Assembly (NCBI GenBank): GCA_951406725.2
Contig: OX597820.1
Location: 113,832,001-113,896,000, forward strand
Source: Octopus vulgaris
Taxonomy: Eukaryota
Reading direction: 5' to 3'
DNA: 64,000 bases
Shown here piece by piece: positions 58,936 through 64,000 of this stretch. Every line of letters begins with the position of its first letter. Position 1 is the first letter of the stretch. A program made the translations under genes and the position numbers. A model generated the notes under the pieces. It made no database searches. It was given only the letters and a program-made list of their open reading frames with translations, and had not been told where the DNA came from.

Positions 58936-60694
58936 CACTGGTCAACAAAATGAAACTTCTTTTAATCATCAGAGTTGCTGATTGACTTTTCTGGGTTAAT
59001 TTTTGATGCTGATTACGAATCTGAAGTCCAATTTCCTCTATCAGGTCACATTTTCATGTTAATGATACCTGCTGTTTTAACTTATAGGATACGTAAAGCA
59101 TGTCTATATAAAGTATATTGAATACAAGATACGATAATTTCATGGCTTTTGATTGTACAAAATTAAAATTATTGTGTACGAATAAGTTAGAATACACTCA
59201 AATGCATAACAACTTAAAATCTTTGGGATTTGGGATTTGGACTTTCTATTGTGTTTTGTCTCAAGTCTATTCCTGTATAACATCCAACAGTAGTCAACTA
59301 ACATTCCTGCATTCCAAAATCCTAGATATTGTTGTTCATCAATGCAGTATCTTGATGAAAGTGTTCCCCTTGCTCATTAGACACTGCTCCAAGGTTCTCT
59401 GCAAAAAAGTCCTGATGTGAATCAAGGAAATGGACTTTTAGTGACATCCAACAGCCCATTGCAGCGTAGGAGTCTAGAAGATATTTCACTCCATTTCTAA
59501 ACTCTAGAGATCTCTTGTTGCCTAGGCAATTTTCACAGAGCCATTTGAAGGATTCCCAGGCTTTAAGCTCAATCTCATCCAGTGCTGTAAGGAAGTGGTT
59601 GTCCGCCAGGAGTTCTTTTATCATCTGTGGACCTAGGAATATGCCCTCCTTCAGTTTTGCCTCAGTGATTTTTGGAAATTTGGCCTTCACATATTCAAAA
59701 CCTTTTGAGCTTTTCCTGGAAAGTGTCTTCACGAATCGTTTCATGAGGCCAAGCTTTATGTGAAGAGGGGAAAGAAGACCATTTTCTGGGTTTAAAAGTA
59801 GCTTACTCTGGACGTTAGAAACTCCTGCTCATATGATTTTTGCAAAGGCCACTCTGATTGCCCATAGTGCTTGTTAGATGCACGACTGTCCCATAGGCAT
59901 AAAAAACAACAATATTTGGTGAACCCAGATTGCATTCCCTTCAACATTCCAATCACCTTCAAGTCTCCACGTATTTTCCAGCTGTAGTTTGTATACTTTA
60001 TGGCATTGAGTCTCTAACTAAATCATTTAACTCTCCTTGAGAAAATTTCTGTGGTACATCTTCATTTTCAATCTTGAAATCTGCATCCACTTTGGTGTCT
60101 TCCACAGCAGTAGTATTTTCTTCAGGAAATACATCTTCATCAGGCATCTGAAGGCCATTTTCTGGTGGTATCGGAATAGGAAGATCATTGTTGTGTGGTA
60201 CTGGTCTTCTTGCTGATTCCAAGTTGGGATACACAATCTTATGCTTGGTCTTTACAGTAAACCCACATACATTAACGTATAAAGTATAACTGGTAGATCT
60301 TCTTGATTTCACTTGTGATGGCATGTTGCTGAGCTTTGGTGATAAATGAACCACAGACATGACAAAATATATCAGGACTGTTCTTGCATTGACATCCTGA
60401 GTAGAATTTGATGATGATGATGACTTGGCACCTTAAACAGAAAGTAAAATTTATTAAAAGAAAAGATTATGAAAATATAAAATTACAAAATGAATAGTTA
60501 TAAAACAGAAGTCAAAATTTACCTGTATAAGACAGGTGTAGTGGTACTGCTGATGGGAGTTATGTACCTCTCTTATCTCATCAGAAAAACTGTGCCTGAT
60601 AGAAGGAAACCGATTACATTTTTGAAATCTGCGAACAAAACTACATATAAAACACCATATAATATCCCTGATGAAAATTGGTTGTTGACCAGTG
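58936..60694 (-). mobile_element. Chapaev3 (CMC superfamily) DNA transposon with both ends and a decayed transposase
   Basis: Perfect 13-bp TIR CACTGGTCAACAA / TTGTTGACCAGTG with TTA duplicated on both sides. Peptides IVYPNLESARRPVPH, GDLKVIGM..GMQSGFTKYCCFLC, KFPKITEAKLKEGIFLGPQ and MSLKVHFLDSH...FHQD. Confidence 0.85.
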
Positions 60695-60777
60695 TTATTT
60701 GAAAGTATAAGAATCTCTGCTTGAATTTCCAAGTACAACCGATTGTATGTAAAAGTGTTCAGGTTAGTTATGTCACA

Positions 60778-60814
<37 letters not shown>

Positions 60815-61399
60815 TCGGCCAACGATGTCCAAAGCAAGCTAAGATCTACTCATTTCATTTCTTCCGATCACTTGTACTACATTAGCCACTAACACTTAGA
60901 ATGTATTATTTATTTACTAACTGTTTGTTTTTTCATGAGCTAACCATTGATATTGTCCCCTCAAATATAATTTTAATTTTGATGATAATTTGTTCGTTTC
61001 TCTATGATAATTTGTTTCTCTCCGATAATTATTTGGCTGAAACCCTCCTAACCTAACACTGGAATATACATATTTCTGCTACATCCCTTAAAACTACACC
61101 ATTCAATGACCATAATACTTGCTTACAATGCTACTAACATCTGGAATATCAATATTTCCGCAGCACAGCTTACATCTACATCATCGATGACCTTAATGCT
61201 TATGCTTACAACACTGCTAACACCGGCTCCTATCTCCAGCAGGGGCAACAATCTTAACATGCCTAAATGCTTGAATGTTGTCAGGTCGGAAGAGAGATCA
61301 GATGAAGTATGCCTAAAAAACGATCACCACAACAACCCTCTTCTCAGGCACTGGATTACATCCCTCCTCCCCAAACCTCACCCCACATTACCTTCCCAG

Positions 61400-64000
61400 T
61401 TTTCAGAGTTGGCACTGTCAATGTTGGTATACTGAAAGGAGACAGGTTGACGTATGCTGCATACAAGAGGTAAGATGGAGAGGTGCTTCAGGTAGGATCC
61501 TCACAGGCAAGGCACATAGGTATAAAGTCTTCTGGCAAGGTAACATGGATGGTGTAGGCATACTCCTTGCGAAGAAATGAGTGGATAAGGTCATAGGGGT
61601 TGTCAGGGTATGCGATAGAGTACTTGAGCTCAGGCTAGTCCTACAGAACGGCACAGCTACAATTATCTCCGCCTATGCCCCACATGCGGGGCTACCAAAT
61701 GATCAGAAGGACCACTTTTATGATACCCTTCTACAGGCTACCTCAAAGACGAGTGGCAATGACCTCATCTTTGTGGCTGGAGACTTTAATGGGCATGTTG
61801 GGTGGGAATCGGGTATCTTCACTGGGGTACACGGTGGCCATGGTATTGGCACCCAAAACGATGAGGGAGCTAGACTACTGGAGTTCTATGATGCATGTAA
61901 CCTTTTAATCTGCAACATTAACTTCAGGAAGCCAGACAGCCACCTTATAACCTATCAGTCAGGGGACTCTGCTAGCCAAATAGATTTCATCCTCACCAGA
62001 CAGTGGGACGCAGGGTTGCTCTTAAATACAGAGACCCTCCTGGGTGAAGAATGTATGCCTCAGCATAGGCTAGTCATTAGTGACTTTAGACTTGAGGCCA
62101 GAAGGATACCAAGAAGCAGACCAATCCAGAAAAGAAGGATTTGGAAGCTAGAGAACCCTTCACATGGTCAGAGATTTAGGGACATCCTCATCAAGAAATT
62201 TGATAAAAGGGAGGAAGAGCTACAGACGTCGGACATAGAAAGTAGCTGGAAATTCCTACGGGACAGCTTGCTGAGTGCCACAGACCAAGTCTGTGGATGG
62301 TGCAAAGTCCCTTCAAGACCTAGAGTTACGTGGTGGTGGAATAGTACAGTAGACAAAGCCATTAGAGCAAAGAAACAGGCCTGAAAAGCCTGGAGGGACG
62401 GGGGTAGCAGGGAACTGTACCAGGTAGCCAAAAGGGAGGGTGGGCGGCAGGTATACATAGCCAAGGGTGAAGCAGAGAAGAACTTTGCTAATGTCCAGCG
62501 ACGTGAGGACCAAAGAACTGAGGTATTTCGGATTGAAAGACAGTGTGTGAGAGAAAATTGTGATGTCACAGGAGAGAAATGCGTCCGCATGGATGATGGT
62601 GCACTTGCTTTCAGTGATTCTGAAAAGAAAGAAGCTTGGAGAAGCCATTATGAGAGACTGCTGAATGTGGAGAATGAATGGGAGGAGGAGAGCCTGCCAA
62701 ATGTTGACCCAGTAGAGGTACCAGCTATCCCAATAGACAGCTCCCTAGTAGTTAAAGCATTTAAGGGTATGAAGCCAGGAAAAGCCCCCTGCCTATCAGG
62801 AATCACTGCTGAGATGCTTAAAACAGCTGGTTGTGTGGGCTATGGCCTAGTCACCTGCATTGTAAACCAGGTAGTTCATAATGGAGTCATACCCAATGAC
62901 TGGCATAGCAGCACCATAGTCAACTGCTACAAGGGTGATGCTCTAGATAGAAATAACTACAGGGGTATTAAACTGTTAGATCAGGTGATGAAGGTCACAG
63001 AGATGGTCATAGCTCATCTCATTAGGGAGAGAGTTTGCTTAGATGAGATGCAGTTCGGTTTTGTGCCGGGTAGAAGCACCACTGATGCCATATTCCTGGT
63101 TCGACAACTGTAGGAGAAATACCTAGCTAAAGATAAACCCCTCTACATGGCTTTCGTGGACTTGGAGAAAGCCTTTGACAGGGTCCCCCGATCCCTTATC
63201 TGGTGGGCGATGCAGAAACTGGAGATTGACAAATGGTTAATAAGGGCTGTACAGGCCCTATACAGAGAGGCCAGCAAGGTTAGGATTGGCAATGAGTATA
63301 GTGAAGAATTCCGGGTAGAAGTAGGGGTCCACCAAGGTTCAGCCCTCAGTCCCCTTTTATTCATCATAGTCCTCCAGGCAATAACAGAGGAACTCAGGAT
63401 GGGTTGCCCCTGGGAGCTCCTCTATGCTGATGACCTGGCCCTCATAGCAGAATCACTACCAGAACTAGAAAAGAAATTTCGGGTGTGGAAGCTAGGTTTA
63501 GAATCAAAAGGCCTTAGAGTCAATGTGGCAAAGACCAAAGTTCTAGTAAGTAGGAAGGCAAACACACCACACACCACTTCAGGTAGGTGACCCTGCTCGA
63601 TCTGTAGAAAAGGTGTAGGTAGAAACTCCATAAGATGTACCCAGTGTAAGCTATGGACACATAAGAGGTGCAGCACCATCAAAGGAAAATTAACCGAGAG
63701 GATAGCTTTTGTGTGCGGCAGATGCACAGGTGCAATAGACACCACAGATACTCAGAAAACAGATTCCATTACACTCCTAGAGGAAAAACTAGAAGTAGTT
63801 GATAGCTTCCGCTACCTAGGTAACCAAGTTAGTAGTGGGGGTGGATGCTCAGAGAGTGTTACCTCTAGAATAAGAATAACCTGGGCAAAGTTCAGAAAGC
63901 TCCTACCCCTACTGGTGACAAAGGGTCTCTCGCTCAGAGTGAAAGGTAGATTGTACGACACATGTGTGCAAACTGCCATGCTTCACGTTAGTGAAACATG
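61400..64000 (+). mobile_element. RTE-clade LINE ORF (APE endonuclease and RT with embedded PHD finger), disabled, continues past the window end
   Basis: [47 protein letters not shown] and LLYADD. In-frame stops at 61578, 62382, 63111 and 63588. Confidence 0.92.

Noticed and set aside
61581-63590. Functional LINE ORF2 or domesticated RT gene
   Set aside because: At least four in-frame stops (TGG->TGA, CAG->TAG) and small deletions; treated as a dead copy.

Overview
Eukaryotic, AT-rich, microsatellite- and SINE-dense animal genomic DNA. The repeat repertoire looks like a coleoid cephalopod (Octopus-like), which is my inference and not a database result. Two spliced genes can be rebuilt by hand with canonical GT-AG introns and consistent phases. 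A PinX1-like G-patch gene lies on the - strand (5 coding exons, 29783->17231, 557 aa). A polo-like kinase 1 gene lies on the + strand (13 coding exons, 31522->52603, 584 aa). They sit head-to-head with about 1.7 kb between the ATGs. The rest is transposon debris: RTE and Tx1/L1 LINE fragments, Tc1, mariner and hAT remnants, a Chapaev3 element with both TIRs and TSD, Merlin-like, piggyBac-like and Helitron-like non-autonomous elements, tRNA-derived SINEs and simple repeats. The most unusual signal is a set of minimal type-I hammerhead ribozyme motifs in small non-coding, Penelope-like hairpin elements. One of them (16378-16788) is a TSD-flanked unit joining a tRNA-derived Pol III head to a hammerhead, i.e. 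a candidate retrozyme or ribozyme-bearing SINE. Most ORFs in the supplied track are microsatellite artefacts.
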